Both the position numbers and the translations under genes were made by a program. Shown here piece after piece: positions 21,556 through 32,721 of a stretch of DNA of 64,000 nucleotides. The notes beneath the pieces were generated by a model. That model was not told the DNA's origin, ran no database searches, and saw only the letters and a list, made by a program, of their open reading frames with translations. Within the stretch, counting starts at the first letter, position 1; each line of letters begins with the position of its first letter. The stretch is taken from contig QCBW01000008.1 of NCBI GenBank assembly GCA_003281485.1, positions 2,925-66,924 on the forward strand, written 5' to 3'. This stretch comes from Prochlorococcus sp. AG-347-J20 (GTDB lineage: Bacteria; Cyanobacteriota; Cyanobacteriia; PCC-6307; Cyanobiaceae).

Positions 21556-24129
21556 ATGAAGAATTTGGAAACATTGCTAAAAGATTATTCGAGTCACGTA
21601 GCTGAAAGAGCTTCCAAAGGAATACCTCCTTTACCTTTGAATGCTGAGCAAACAAATTGTATTACAAATTTATTAGAACAAGATAGTGGTTACGATTCAT
21701 CATATTTACTTGATTTACTAATAAACAGAGTACCACCAGGAGTTGATGAAGCTGCTTATATAAAAGCAAGCTGGCTTACAGCTATTGTTAATTCCGAAAA
21801 ATATTGCAAATCGATTAACCCTGAAAAAGCAATTGAAATTCTTGGAACAATGATTGGCGGATATAATGTAAATTCACTTGTTGAAATACTTAAAGGAGAA
21901 AATAATTTACTAGCTAAAAAGGCAGCAGAAGTTTTAAAAGATATTATTCTTGTTTACGATTCCTATAACGAAATTTATGAATTATCTAAAAATAATATTT
22001 ATGCAAAAGAGGTATTAAATAGTTGGGCAAATGCAGAGTGGTTTAAAAATAAAAAAGTTTTAGAAAAAGAAATTACTTGTTTAGTATTTAAAGTTGATGG
22101 GGAGACAAACACAGACGACTTATCTCCAGCCGTGCATGCAACAACACGCCCGGATATACCAATGCACGCATTGGCCATGCTGGAATTTAAAAAACCAGAT
22201 GGACTAGAGATTCTCGATAATTTAAAAAAACAAAATTTACCAATAGCTTATGTAGGAGATGTTGTTGGGACAGGGAGTTCTAGAAAATCTGCTATTAATT
22301 CACTTATTTGGCATATTGGTGATGATATCCCTTTTGTTCCAAACAAAAAAACAGGTGGAATAATAATTGGCAGCAAAATAGCCCCGATTTTCTTTAATAC
22401 TGCAGAAGATTCTGGAGCTTTGCCTATAGAAGCTGACGTATCTAATATGAAAACAGGAGATATTATTAAAATATATCCTTACGAAGGTATTATAAAAAAA
22501 ATAAAAAAAGATACAAATTCAGAAGAAGTAATAAGCAAATTCGACTTATGCCCATCAACTCTTACTGATGAAATTCAAGCTGGAGGGAGAATTAATCTTA
22601 TGATTGGAAGATCTCTCACTGACAAAATTAGAAATAAATTAAATTTTCAACCGAGTGAAATATTTATCCGGCCACAAAATCCAACAGAAAGCAATTCCGG
22701 CTTTACTCAAGCTCAAAAAATCGTAGGAAAAGCATGCGGTTTAGATGGAGTTAGGCCAGGAATGACCTGTGAACCAATTATGACCACAGTTGGCAGTCAA
22801 GATACTACTGGACCAATGACTAGGGATGAACTAAAAGAACTAGCTTGTTTGGGATTTACTGCAGATTTAGTGATGCAAAGTTTTTGTCATACTGCTGCAT
22901 ATCCTAAACCAGTAGATTTAGTTACACATAAAGAATTACCTGATTTCATATCTCAAAGAGGTGGAGTAGCTCTTAAACCTGGAGACGGCATAATTCACAG
23001 TTGGCTTAACAGAATGCTTCTCCCTGATACTGTTGGCACAGGTGGAGATAGTCATACAAGATTCCCTCTTGGCATTTCATTTCCTGGAGGCTCGGGTATT
23101 GTTGCCTTTGCCGCTGCAATAGGATCAATGCCACTAAATATGCCGGAATCTGTGCTAGTTAAATTTAAGGGACAATTATTACCGGGAATTACTCTTAGAG
23201 ATTTAGTTAATGCAATCCCTCTCTTCGCAATAAAAAAAGGACTTTTAACTGTTGAGAAAGCAAATAAGAAAAATATTTTTAACGGGAAAATTATGGAAAT
23301 TGAGGGATTGCCTAATCTAAAACTTGAACAAGCTTTTGAACTCACCGATGCAACTGCAGAACGTTCATGTGCTGGTAGCACAATACTTTTATCCCAGGAA
23401 ACTGTTCAAGAATACTTAAAAAGTAATATTTGCCTTCTTGAAAAAATGATTGAGAGCAATTATGAAGATTCAAAATCGATTTCAAGAAGAATAAATGATA
23501 TGAAAAATTGGTTAAAAAAACCTGAACTAATACAACCAGATACAAACGCTCAGTATGAAGAAATTATCGAAATTGATTTAGCAAAAGTAACTCAACCTAT
23601 AGTTGCTTGCCCTAATGATCCAGACAACGTAAAGGAGATTGCCGATGTTGCCAATACAAATATTGATGAAGTTTTCATAGGTTCTTGCATGACAAATATT
23701 GGTCATTACAGAGCAGCTGCAAAAGTTCTTGAAGGTATTCAAAATTTAAAAGCTAAATTATGGATTTGTCCGCCTACAAAAATGGATGAAGAAACTCTAA
23801 AAGCTGAAGGGTATTATAAAATATTCGAAAATTGTGGTGCAAGATTAGAGTTGCCAGGCTGTTCTTTGTGTATGGGAAATCAAGCTAGAGTAGATGAAGG
23901 ATCTGTAGTATTTTCTACTAGTACAAGAAATTTTGACAATAGACTTGGTAAAAATGCACTAGTATTTTTAGGGAGTGCTGAATTAGCAGCTGTTTGTGCA
24001 CTTCTCGGGAGAATCCCTGAAGTAGAAGAATATCAGGATATTACTAAAAATAAAATTAATCCATATTCAGATGAACTTTATCGTTATCTTCAATTTGATG
24101 AAATACACGATTTCAGTTTGTCAAAATAA
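21556..24129 (+). CDS. acnB: aconitate hydratase B
   Basis: N-terminal RVPPGVDEAA domain, GETNTDDLSP, GTGSSRKSA, SQDTTGPMT, GSCMTN, GCSLCMGNQ. Confidence 0.96.
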   Translation: MKNLETLLKDYSSHVAERASKGIPPLPLNAEQTNCITNLLEQDSGYDSSYLLDLLINRVPPGVDEAAYIKASWLTAIVNSEKYCKSINPEKAIEILGTMIGGYNVNSLVEILKGENNLLAKKAAEVLKDIILVYDSYNEIYELSKNNIYAKEVLNSWANAEWFKNKKVLEKEITCLVFKVDGETNTDDLSPAVHATTRPDIPMHALAMLEFKKPDGLEILDNLKKQNLPIAYVGDVVGTGSSRKSAINSLIWHIGDDIPFVPNKKTGGIIIGSKIAPIFFNTAEDSGALPIEADVSNMKTGDIIKIYPYEGIIKKIKKDTNSEEVISKFDLCPSTLTDEIQAGGRINLMIGRSLTDKIRNKLNFQPSEIFIRPQNPTESNSGFTQAQKIVGKACGLDGVRPGMTCEPIMTTVGSQDTTGPMTRDELKELACLGFTADLVMQSFCHTAAYPKPVDLVTHKELPDFISQRGGVALKPGDGIIHSWLNRMLLPDTVGTGGDSHTRFPLGISFPGGSGIVAFAAAIGSMPLNMPESVLVKFKGQLLPGITLRDLVNAIPLFAIKKGLLTVEKANKKNIFNGKIMEIEGLPNLKLEQAFELTDATAERSCAGSTILLSQETVQEYLKSNICLLEKMIESNYEDSKSISRRINDMKNWLKKPELIQPDTNAQYEEIIEIDLAKVTQPIVACPNDPDNVKEIADVANTNIDEVFIGSCMTNIGHYRAAAKVLEGIQNLKAKLWICPPTKMDEETLKAEGYYKIFENCGARLELPGCSLCMGNQARVDEGSVVFSTSTRNFDNRLGKNALVFLGSAELAAVCALLGRIPEVEEYQDITKNKINPYSDELYRYLQFDEIHDFSLSK

Positions 24130-24138
24130 TCATGGATT

Positions 24139-25497
24139 ATGCAAAACCTTATAAAAGAAAATATTCAAAAAACCAGTAATAGTTCTTCTCGCAGTATTAA
24201 AAAATTATTAAAACAAAGATCTCTAGTCGTTGCATTGTCGCTTTTATTTACAGGGTTAGGAGCTTCAATTACAAGCATATTTTTTAAAACTGGAATCTAC
24301 TTTATAAATAATTGGAGATTAGCCCTTTTAGAACAATTACCATCAATTACAGTGTTGCCAATTTTTGGAGCTATAGGAGGAGCAATTGCGGGATATTTGA
24401 TCAAAAATATTGCACCTGCAGCGAAAGGTTCAGGTGTGAGTCAAATTATGGGTTTTTTAAGGCATAAAAAAGTGCCAATGAATTTAAAAGTAGGATTAGT
24501 AAAGCTTGTATCAGGAATTATCGCTATTGGTAGTGGATTCCCATTAGGTCCAGAGGGTCCATCAGTTCAAATGGGAGGATCAGTTGCTTGGCAAATGGCC
24601 AAATGGCTCAAAGCTCCTACAGCATTTAGAAGAGTAATAGTTGCAGCAGGTGGTGGTGCTGGAATTGCTGCAGTATTTAGCGCTCCATTAGGGGGGTTTG
24701 TTTATGCAATAGAAGAGCTATTAAACTCTGCTAGGCCAGTAATTTTGCTATTAGTTGTAATTACAACTTTCATTGCAGATTCATCCGCAGATATTATTCA
24801 AGCCTTGGGTTTAGATCCTAAAGCAGGAGGCTTTGATTTTAACCTCGGATTTTTGATTCAAAAAGAATATGACCCATCAGTTTTTTTCTTACCTATAGAT
24901 TTTTTATACCTTGTTTTACTAGGAATAATTATTGGGATCTTTGCAGAACTTTACAGCAGATATGTTTTGTTAATGCAAAATCTTGGGAAAAAGTGGTATA
25001 AAAATAAATTTGTTTTAAAAATGAGTATTTGTGGACTAATTTTAGGAAGTATCTACTCTTTTTTACCTAGTACATTTCATAATTTAGATGAATTACAGAA
25101 AATAATAGCTGAGCAAAATACAAGTATTGAAATTGCTTTGTTAGCAGTTTTAGTATTATTTATCACGACAGGTTTAGCTGCGGCATCTGGAGCTCCTGGA
25201 GGATTATTCTATCCCATGCTTACTTTGGGAGGGTCAATCGGACTAATAATGGGTAGCTGGGTAGAAATTGCAACAGGACATGCACCTAGTACATACATTT
25301 TTGCGGGAATGGGAGCTTTCGTGGCAGGATGTTCTCGAACCCCAATTACAGCAATGTTTTTAGCTTTTGCCTTGACAAAAAATTTATTAATAATGAAACC
25401 TGTTTTAATCAGCTGTATTGCCAGCTTCTTGATAGCAAGAGCGTTTAATGAAGAGTCAATTTATGAAAGACAAATACAAATAGAATTAGAAGACTAG
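24139..25497 (+). CDS. ClC-family Cl-/H+ antiporter
   Basis: GSGVSQ, GPEGP (gating Glu), AIEEL (proton Glu position), GLFYP and terminal SIY motifs. No CBS domains. Confidence 0.9.
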   Translation: MQNLIKENIQKTSNSSSRSIKKLLKQRSLVVALSLLFTGLGASITSIFFKTGIYFINNWRLALLEQLPSITVLPIFGAIGGAIAGYLIKNIAPAAKGSGVSQIMGFLRHKKVPMNLKVGLVKLVSGIIAIGSGFPLGPEGPSVQMGGSVAWQMAKWLKAPTAFRRVIVAAGGGAGIAAVFSAPLGGFVYAIEELLNSARPVILLLVVITTFIADSSADIIQALGLDPKAGGFDFNLGFLIQKEYDPSVFFLPIDFLYLVLLGIIIGIFAELYSRYVLLMQNLGKKWYKNKFVLKMSICGLILGSIYSFLPSTFHNLDELQKIIAEQNTSIEIALLAVLVLFITTGLAAASGAPGGLFYPMLTLGGSIGLIMGSWVEIATGHAPSTYIFAGMGAFVAGCSRTPITAMFLAFALTKNLLIMKPVLISCIASFLIARAFNEESIYERQIQIELED

Positions 25498-25507
25498 AAA
25501 ATTATTT

Positions 25508-26362
25508 TCAATCAAAAACAGCAGTTTTGCTGTTATAAACAAATACTTGATGATTTAGATGTAATCTAACCGCTCTCGCTAAAGCAATTCTTTCAATATC
25601 TCTTCCTTTTCTAATCAAATCTTCAACTTCATCCCTATGACTCACATTTACTGTGCACTGCTCTATTATCGGACCTTCATCAAGATCTTCAGTGACATAG
25701 TGGGCAGTAGCACCAATTAATTTAACACCCCTCTTCCATGCTCGATGATATGGTTGCGCGCCTTTAAATGCAGGTAAGAAAGAATGATGGATATTGATTA
25801 TTGAAGAAAACTTTTTTAAAAAAGAGTTACTCAAAATTTGCATATATTTAGCTAATACAACAAGATCAATTTCATACTCTTTTAGTAAACTTAAAAATTG
25901 ATCTTCGACAATAGATTTATCACTATTAAAGGTATCAAAATGGACAAATTTTGCATTAAAGTCATTTGCAATATTTTCAAGATCAGTATGATTTGAAATT
26001 ATTAAGGGCACTTTCATTTTGAGTTCACCATTTCTTACTCGCCAAAGCAAATCAATCAAACAATGATTTTGTTTACTCACGAAAATAGCAACATTTGGAA
26101 TTTCATCAGAATAATTTACGTTAAATTTTCCATTTACTTTATCTGCAATTTTTTCAAATTCCTTATAAATTTCATCTTTATTAAAAGATGCCTTATTACT
26201 ATTCCATTCAATTCGACTAAGAAACAATCCTGCATCTTGATCTGTATGATGATCAGAATGCTTGATATTACCACCATAATTTGAAATCCAACTTGTAAGT
26301 AAACTTACAAGACCAGGACGATCGGGACAGACAATTTTGAATATAATTGAAGGATGTTCCAA
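25508..26362 (-). CDS. purU: formyltetrahydrofolate deformylase
   Basis: ACT domain CPDRPGLV, LAKYMQIL, INIHHSFLPAF.GA.PY, GATAHYVT.DLDEGPII. Confidence 0.95.
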   Translation of the reverse strand: MEHPSIIFKIVCPDRPGLVSLLTSWISNYGGNIKHSDHHTDQDAGLFLSRIEWNSNKASFNKDEIYKEFEKIADKVNGKFNVNYSDEIPNVAIFVSKQNHCLIDLLWRVRNGELKMKVPLIISNHTDLENIANDFNAKFVHFDTFNSDKSIVEDQFLSLLKEYEIDLVVLAKYMQILSNSFLKKFSSIINIHHSFLPAFKGAQPYHRAWKRGVKLIGATAHYVTEDLDEGPIIEQCTVNVSHRDEVEDLIRKGRDIERIALARAVRLHLNHQVFVYNSKTAVFD

Positions 26363-26409
26363 AAAATCTTTAACTATTAATCAAGTAAGGAATCATATCT
26401 AATATATCA

Positions 26410-27492
26410 ATGAAAAGCTTAAAAGAAAATTTTAAAAAAGCACACATAGTTATTATTGGATCGGGAATTATTGGAAAATTTAATGCCTTAGAATTGTCAG
26501 AATTAGGCTTTCGGATAACAATAATAGATCCAGCTGAAGAAAAAAATAGTAGTAATGCAGCTTTAGGCATACTTATGGGTAACATGTACCAAAAAAAGAA
26601 AGGTAGAAGTTGGGATCTCAGGAAGCAAAGTATTGAATTATGGCCAAAATGGATTGAATTTCTGCAAAAATTTAATTTTGAATTAAAAATTAAAAAACCA
26701 CTAATACAACTAACTACGAATGAAGAAAAGTTTAAAAAATTGGAGAAATTTATTTATGAAAATAATGACCATAACTTACAAATTTTACAGAAAGACTCAA
26801 TTATTGTTAAGAAAATAAGTAAAGCATTTCAAACAAAAAATATAAAGGGAATGATATCTTTCAAAGATGGAAGAATAAATGCTGTATCTTTACTAAAAAC
26901 GTTAAATAAATGTCTAAAAAACAAAAAAATAAATTTTGTGTATGAAGAAATAATAAAAATCAGAAAATCCAACAATCAATGGTTTTCTACAACAAAAAAC
27001 TATAGAGATATCAAATCTGACATCGTTATTTTGTGTAATTCTTTAAAAGCGATTGATTTAATAGATAATCTAACTCACAAAATTAAATTAAAACCTGTTT
27101 TAGGTCAAGCTATAGAAGTTGGAATAAATGATGAAGAAGTTGATTTATTAACACTTCCAAAACAATTCAATATAAATGGCAAAAATATAATTCCAATATC
27201 TAAAAACAAACTTATTATTGGTTCAACGGATGAATATAGTACAAAACCAGAAAAAAATGTTTTTGAAAAAATTACAAATTTTCTGGATAATAAACCAAAT
27301 TGGCTTATTAACGGTCAAGTCACAAAAAAGTGGTTTGGAGTAAGGTCCAGGCCTGAAGGTGAACCTTCACCAATAATGAAAAATTTGGGAGATGGACTAA
27401 TTATATGTACAGGTTTTTATAAAAATGGAATTTTACTAGCGCCTGCTTGTTCTAAATGGGTAGCCAATGAAATTAAAAATTACTTTTCCTAA
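26410..27492 (+). CDS. FAD-dependent oxidoreductase (DAO / glycine oxidase-like)
   Basis: IIGSGIIG Rossmann motif, [24 protein letters not shown]. Confidence 0.82.
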   Translation: MKSLKENFKKAHIVIIGSGIIGKFNALELSELGFRITIIDPAEEKNSSNAALGILMGNMYQKKKGRSWDLRKQSIELWPKWIEFLQKFNFELKIKKPLIQLTTNEEKFKKLEKFIYENNDHNLQILQKDSIIVKKISKAFQTKNIKGMISFKDGRINAVSLLKTLNKCLKNKKINFVYEEIIKIRKSNNQWFSTTKNYRDIKSDIVILCNSLKAIDLIDNLTHKIKLKPVLGQAIEVGINDEEVDLLTLPKQFNINGKNIIPISKNKLIIGSTDEYSTKPEKNVFEKITNFLDNKPNWLINGQVTKKWFGVRSRPEGEPSPIMKNLGDGLIICTGFYKNGILLAPACSKWVANEIKNYFS

Positions 27493-29396
27493 TCTTTTGT
27501 TTCAGTAAAGTCTGCATCAATTACATCATCTCCACCTTTATCATTTGATTCAGTCTGATCAGGACCGTTCGCTGAACCAGGGGTTGGAGGCTGATTGCCT
27601 GGCTGCTGATAAACAGACGAACCAACTGCATAAAGTTCTTGCTGAAGCTCTTCAAGGAGTTTCTTCATTGATTCATAATCTTCTTTTGATGTTGCCTCTT
27701 TTAGAGCATTACTTTTTTCTTCAACCTTAGCCTTTACTGCAGCATCAATTTTATCTCCCAATTCCCCAAGTTGCTTTTCTGTCTGATAAACGAGTGTTTC
27801 AGCTTGGTTCTTTAAATCAATTTTTTCTCTTTTTTCTTTATCTGCTGATGCATTTGATTCTGCATCTTTAACCATTTTTTCAACCTCATTATCAGATAAA
27901 GTAGAAGCGCCAGTGATAGATATACTTTGCTCTTTACCGCTTCCTTTGTCTTTAGCGGTAACACTAAGAATTCCATTTGCATCAATATCAAACGTTACTT
28001 CAATTTGAGGAACACCTCTTGGAGCCGATGGAATACCATCCAATCTAAAAGTTCCTAAACTTTTGTTATCCGATGCCATTTCTCTTTCACCCTGTAGTAC
28101 ATGTATTTCAACATTAGTTTGTCCATCTACAGCGGTTGAATATGTCTCAGATTTCTTAGTAGGAACTGTAGTATTTCTATTTATCATTTTTGTCATAACC
28201 CCACCTAAAGTTTCTACACCTAAAGAAAGTGGAGTAACATCAAGCAACAATATATCTTTAACTTCACCAGCTAAGACTCCTCCTTGAATAGCTGCTCCAA
28301 CTGCAACTACTTCATCAGGGTTAACAGTTTGATTTGGTTCTTTACCTATAATTTTTTTTACTAAATCTAAAACTGCAGGTATCCTTGATGAACCGCCTAC
28401 CATCACAACTTCATCAATTTCACTAGTAGAAATTTTTGCATCGCTAATAGCTCTCTCAACAGGAGTTTTGCACCTATCAATTAAAGAAGCTGCTAACTCC
28501 TCAAACTTTGCTCTAGTTAGGTTCAAATCCAAATGTTTTGGACCTTCAGGGGTCGCTGTGATAAACGGCAAATTTATTTCACTTTGAGTAGCATTTGACA
28601 ACTCAATTTTAGCTTTTTCTGCTGCTTCAGTAAGTCGCTGTAAAGCCTGCTTATCTTGTCTAAGATCAATTCCCTCATTCGATTTAAAGGTACTTGCTAA
28701 ATGGTCGACAATACACCTATCAAAATCATCACCACCTAAATGTGTATCCCCAGATGTTGATAGAACTTCGGTTACTCCATCACCAGCTTCAATGACAGAG
28801 ACGTCAAACGTTCCTCCCCCTAAATCAAATACAAGAATTTTTTCATTTTCTTTGTCCAAACCATATGCTAAAGCCGCAGCTGTTGGCTCGTTGACAATTC
28901 TAAGAACTTCTAAACCTGCAATCTTTCCTGCGTCTTTTGTAGCCTGTCTCTGAGAGTCATTAAAATAAGCAGGAACAGTTATTACAGCCTGTGTAACTTT
29001 TTCACCAAGGTATTTACCCGCATCATCTGCTAACTTTCTTAGAACTTGAGAACTTACTTCTTCAGGAGAAAACTGCTTATCCAGAATAGGACACTTTAAT
29101 TTGACACTAGAACCAGATTTTTCAACGGAATAACTCACTTCTTTAGATTCTTCATTTACTTCATCAACTCTTCTTCCAACAAAACGCTTTGCAGAGTAAA
29201 AAGTGTTTTCAGGATTCATAACAGCTTGTCTTTTAGCAATTTGTCCAACTAGCTGATCTTGATTTTTTGTATATGCAACAACTGATGGAGTAGTCCTGAA
29301 ACCTTCAGCATTTGCTATTACAGTGGGTTTACCACCTTCCATTACAGCGACACAACTATTAGTTGTTCCTAAATCAATTCCTACAACTTTCCCCAT
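27489..29396 (-). CDS. dnaK: molecular chaperone DnaK (DnaK2-type)
   Basis: [34 protein letters not shown]-terminal DDVIDADF. Confidence 0.98.
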   Translation of the reverse strand: MGKVVGIDLGTTNSCVAVMEGGKPTVIANAEGFRTTPSVVAYTKNQDQLVGQIAKRQAVMNPENTFYSAKRFVGRRVDEVNEESKEVSYSVEKSGSSVKLKCPILDKQFSPEEVSSQVLRKLADDAGKYLGEKVTQAVITVPAYFNDSQRQATKDAGKIAGLEVLRIVNEPTAAALAYGLDKENEKILVFDLGGGTFDVSVIEAGDGVTEVLSTSGDTHLGGDDFDRCIVDHLASTFKSNEGIDLRQDKQALQRLTEAAEKAKIELSNATQSEINLPFITATPEGPKHLDLNLTRAKFEELAASLIDRCKTPVERAISDAKISTSEIDEVVMVGGSSRIPAVLDLVKKIIGKEPNQTVNPDEVVAVGAAIQGGVLAGEVKDILLLDVTPLSLGVETLGGVMTKMINRNTTVPTKKSETYSTAVDGQTNVEIHVLQGEREMASDNKSLGTFRLDGIPSAPRGVPQIEVTFDIDANGILSVTAKDKGSGKEQSISITGASTLSDNEVEKMVKDAESNASADKEKREKIDLKNQAETLVYQTEKQLGELGDKIDAAVKAKVEEKSNALKEATSKEDYESMKKLLEELQQELYAVGSSVYQQPGNQPPTPGSANGPDQTESNDKGGDDVIDADFTETKD

Positions 29397-29465
29397 GGGT
29401 AAAATCTTTTATTCAATATTCTCCATAATCGGTCATCGGCGTCATTATTGTTACTCAAAGACGGG

Positions 29466-29480
29466 GTGTGGTTCCCGAAC
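29466..29480 (-). promoter_or_regulatory. K-box/Rre1-like element upstream of dnaK
   Basis: Minus strand reads GTTCGG-GAA-CCACAC about 70-85 nt before the dnaK ATG. It resembles the cyanobacterial K-box GTTCGG-N4-CCNNAC but the spacer is 3 nt. Confidence 0.5.
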
Positions 29481-29513
29481 AGATTGTTACTTTTTAAGAA
29501 AAGAATTCTAAAC

Positions 29514-30374
29514 ATGATTTCAAGTAAGACGTCTTTTATTGCATTAATCGGCAATCCAGTAAACCATTCATTATCACCGATTATTCAGAATGCTGCCCTT
29601 CAATACTTGGGATTAGATTTGATTTATATTGCTATACCTTGCAAAGAGGAGGATCTAGAATTGGTGCTAAATTCTTTGAAAAAAATTAATTGCAAAGGTT
29701 TAAATATTACAATTCCCCACAAAGAAAAAGTATTTAAGCTCTGTAGTGAAATTTCCCCTATAGCACACAAACTGAAAGCAATTAATACTCTAAAATTAAA
29801 TCCCGAAAAAGAATGGAGCGCAACTAATACAGATGTAGAAGGATTTATTTATCCTTTAAAGGCCTTAAAATTAGCAAAAAAACAATCAATCGTTCTTGGC
29901 TCAGGAGGTGCAGCACGATCAGTTATTCAAGGTTTAATAGATTTAAATCTTTCAAAAATTTCAGTAGTATCACGAAACAAATCATCACTAGATGAATTAA
30001 TAAAAAATTTTGAAAATCAAATTGAACTTCAGGGTGTTTTAAATAATGATAATCTTGCTCAAAATTTAATTGAAGAGACAGATTTGATTGTAAATACAAC
30101 ACCAGTAGGAATGAAAACAGCTAATCATAAAATGAATGTATTGCCATATGGGGAGTCTTTTTGGAGATCTCTTAACTCAAAAACAATTGTTTATGATTTA
30201 ATCTACAATCCTGCCCCAACTCATCTATTGAAATTTAGCGCCAAAAAAGGATGCATGACCATCGATGGTTTGCAAATGCTTGTTGCTCAGGGATTGAAAT
30301 CATTATCATTTTGGACGAATGGCTTAGAAGTACCTTTTCATATTATGAATGACGCACTCAAAAATTATATTTAG
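29514..30374 (+). CDS. aroE: shikimate dehydrogenase
   Basis: GNPV.HSLSP, GLNITIPHKE, NTD..GF, GSGGAAR, DLIYNP, DGL.MLV.QG. ATG at 29514 preferred over the upstream TTG. Confidence 0.94.
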   Translation: MISSKTSFIALIGNPVNHSLSPIIQNAALQYLGLDLIYIAIPCKEEDLELVLNSLKKINCKGLNITIPHKEKVFKLCSEISPIAHKLKAINTLKLNPEKEWSATNTDVEGFIYPLKALKLAKKQSIVLGSGGAARSVIQGLIDLNLSKISVVSRNKSSLDELIKNFENQIELQGVLNNDNLAQNLIEETDLIVNTTPVGMKTANHKMNVLPYGESFWRSLNSKTIVYDLIYNPAPTHLLKFSAKKGCMTIDGLQMLVAQGLKSLSFWTNGLEVPFHIMNDALKNYI

Positions 30375-30478
30375 AATAAATAATGGTAATTTTAAGGAAC
30401 TGCACATCATGATGTATCGTTAAAGATGAACAGACGCTCATTACGTCAATTTATGAGCCAAAGACCTTGTCTGAAATT

Positions 30479-30940
30479 ATGACCAATCAACAATCTTATT
30501 ACGAAACCATGTACATCCTCCGCCCAGATATTGCGGAAGATGAAGTAACTAACCACATTGATAAATACAATAAGCTTTTAGAAGATTTTGGCGGAACTAT
30601 CCTCGATAGTCAAATGAGGGGTAAAAGAAGATTAGCCTATCAAATAGCAAAACATAGAGAAGGTATTTACGTCCAACTAAGTCATCAAGGTGATGGACAA
30701 CATATTTTCAAAATTGAAAAAGCAATGAGACTTAGTGAAGATGTCATAAGGTATATGACTGTTAAGCAAGAAGGACCTTTGCCAAGCCCAAGACCTTCTA
30801 CTAAGAGTTCAACTAAAACTGATAACAAAGAGACTCCAGAAACTAAAGTTGAATCTAAAGAAAAACAACCAGTAGTAAGCAAAAGTAGTCCAACAACAGG
30901 AACAGGTGATGATAAAACCAAAGAAAATGTAGACTCTTAA
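30479..30940 (+). CDS. rpsF: 30S ribosomal protein S6 with low-complexity C-terminal extension
   Basis: [27 protein letters not shown] at 30479. Confidence 0.95.
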   Translation: MTNQQSYYETMYILRPDIAEDEVTNHIDKYNKLLEDFGGTILDSQMRGKRRLAYQIAKHREGIYVQLSHQGDGQHIFKIEKAMRLSEDVIRYMTVKQEGPLPSPRPSTKSSTKTDNKETPETKVESKEKQPVVSKSSPTTGTGDDKTKENVDS

Positions 30941-30943
30941 GTA

Positions 30944-32158
30944 TTATTTTTTTGTTTTTGAATTTAACTCAGCCCATATTTTGTTAGACATACCCCACAT
31001 ATAAATAAAGCCTTCTGCTAAGGAATGATTAAAAACATCTTCTTTACTATAAGTTGCCAAATCTTCCCTATAAAGTGAATTATTTTCCGATATTCTCCCA
31101 ATTACTATTGCATTCCCCTTATGAAGTCTAATCTTTACTCTTCCATTAACTGAATTTTGAGTCGATGAAATAAATGCATCTAAACTATCTTTAAGAGGTC
31201 CAAACCAGAAACCTTGATAGACTAGTTGACCCCATTTTTTTTCCACTATCCCTTTAAAGTCAACAACATCTGGGTTTAATGTAATGCTCTCTAATTCTTT
31301 GTGAGCTTTGATTAAAAGTAAGAGGCCAGGTGTTTCGTAAATCTCTCTACTTTTAATTCCCACTACTCGATCTTCAATCATATCTATTCTTCCAAAACCA
31401 TGCTCACCTGCAAGATCATTTGCTTTTTGAATAATCTTTACCGGAGCTAAGAATTCATCATTAATTCCAACTGGAAGCCCATTTTTAAAAACAATTTCTA
31501 TATCTTGAGGGGAATCAGGTGACTTATCAATTGATGATGTCATAGCAAATATATCTTCAGGCGCTTCTTGCATTGGGTCTTCTAAAATCCCTGCTTCAAT
31601 ACTCCTGCCGAGCAAATTAACATCTATTGAATACGGTGATTTCTTTGATACTGGTGCAGGAATACCAAATTTTTCTCCATACACTATTGCCTCTTCCCTA
31701 CTCATATTCCACTCCCTTGCAGGAGTAATTATTTTCAAATCAGGGCCTAAAGCATTAATCGCTAAATCAAATCGAACTTGATCATTGCCTTTGCCGGTAC
31801 ATCCATGAGCTACTGCATCAGCATTAATCTCTCGAGCAATATTTACGAGATTTTCGGCAATTAAAGGCCTTGCAAGAGCTGTAGATAAAGGATATTTATC
31901 TAAATATAATGCGTTTGCTCTAATAGCTGGAAAAGCGTATCTCTCGACAAAACTATCAACTAAATTACCAACGATTGATTTAGATGCGCCAGAATTTAAA
32001 GCTTTTTGCCTAATAACTTCTAAATCCTCGCCTTGTCCAAGATCTGCCACAAAAGTAACCACTTCTGAAATTCCATATTCATTCTTTAAATATGGAATAC
32101 AAACGCTCGTATCTACCCCGCCAGAATACGCTAGTACAACTTTCTTTACCTGCTGCAT
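30944..32158 (-). CDS. argG: argininosuccinate synthase
   Basis: [32 protein letters not shown]. Confidence 0.97.
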   Translation of the reverse strand: MQQVKKVVLAYSGGVDTSVCIPYLKNEYGISEVVTFVADLGQGEDLEVIRQKALNSGASKSIVGNLVDSFVERYAFPAIRANALYLDKYPLSTALARPLIAENLVNIAREINADAVAHGCTGKGNDQVRFDLAINALGPDLKIITPAREWNMSREEAIVYGEKFGIPAPVSKKSPYSIDVNLLGRSIEAGILEDPMQEAPEDIFAMTSSIDKSPDSPQDIEIVFKNGLPVGINDEFLAPVKIIQKANDLAGEHGFGRIDMIEDRVVGIKSREIYETPGLLLLIKAHKELESITLNPDVVDFKGIVEKKWGQLVYQGFWFGPLKDSLDAFISSTQNSVNGRVKIRLHKGNAIVIGRISENNSLYREDLATYSKEDVFNHSLAEGFIYMWGMSNKIWAELNSKTKK

Positions 32159-32194
32159 CTAAATGTGCTCCATGAATTTAAATTTTTGAAGTAA

Positions 32195-32389
32195 TTAGGA
32201 ATTTGAAACCTTTTTAAAAACTAATATTATTGTAACTAAAAGAGCTGGACCAAAAACTAGTAACAAGATAAGAAAGTTATTAATTATTAAAACATTAGGA
32301 TTCAAGTATCCAATAAGTTTAAATAATCCAGAAAAAAGCAATGAAATTAGCCAGATAAAAAAGTATTTTAAATTTGCTTTATCAAACAA
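32195..32389 (-). CDS. small hypothetical membrane protein (two hydrophobic segments)
   Basis: 64-aa ORF filling the argG to DUF3134 gap, with two TM-like stretches. TTG start is uncertain. Confidence 0.5.
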   Translation of the reverse strand: MFDKANLKYFFIWLISLLFSGLFKLIGYLNPNVLIINNFLILLLVFGPALLVTIILVFKKVSNS

Positions 32390-32442
32390 AGTTTTTTGAG
32401 TGCATCATTATGTATTATCTTATATATAGAACACAACCTTTA

Positions 32443-32721
32443 ATGGACCCAAATAAACTAAGACTTAGATTAAAAGATATTTCTGAAGTCAATCCCGCTT
32501 TAAGTTGCTACCACAGAAGTGATCCAGCTCCTGTTCTGCCATTAAGAGATGAGCCTGATCTGCTGTCTTGGCTTGAAACTACAGGAAGACTTGTTGCAGA
32601 AAAAGAAGGAGATTCACAAGAGATAAGTACGATAGAAGAAGAAGAACTTTCAGCGCTTATGGGAGAGAAGGAAGATTATAAGACCGAAGAAGACTCTTCA
32701 GAAGATGATTGGGAAGATTAA
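32443..32721 (+). CDS. DUF3134-like cyanobacterial conserved protein
   Basis: NPAL...PAPVLP...LLSWLETTGRL motif and acidic tail, directly upstream of mraY. ATG at 32443 chosen. Confidence 0.7.
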   Translation: MDPNKLRLRLKDISEVNPALSCYHRSDPAPVLPLRDEPDLLSWLETTGRLVAEKEGDSQEISTIEEEELSALMGEKEDYKTEEDSSEDDWED

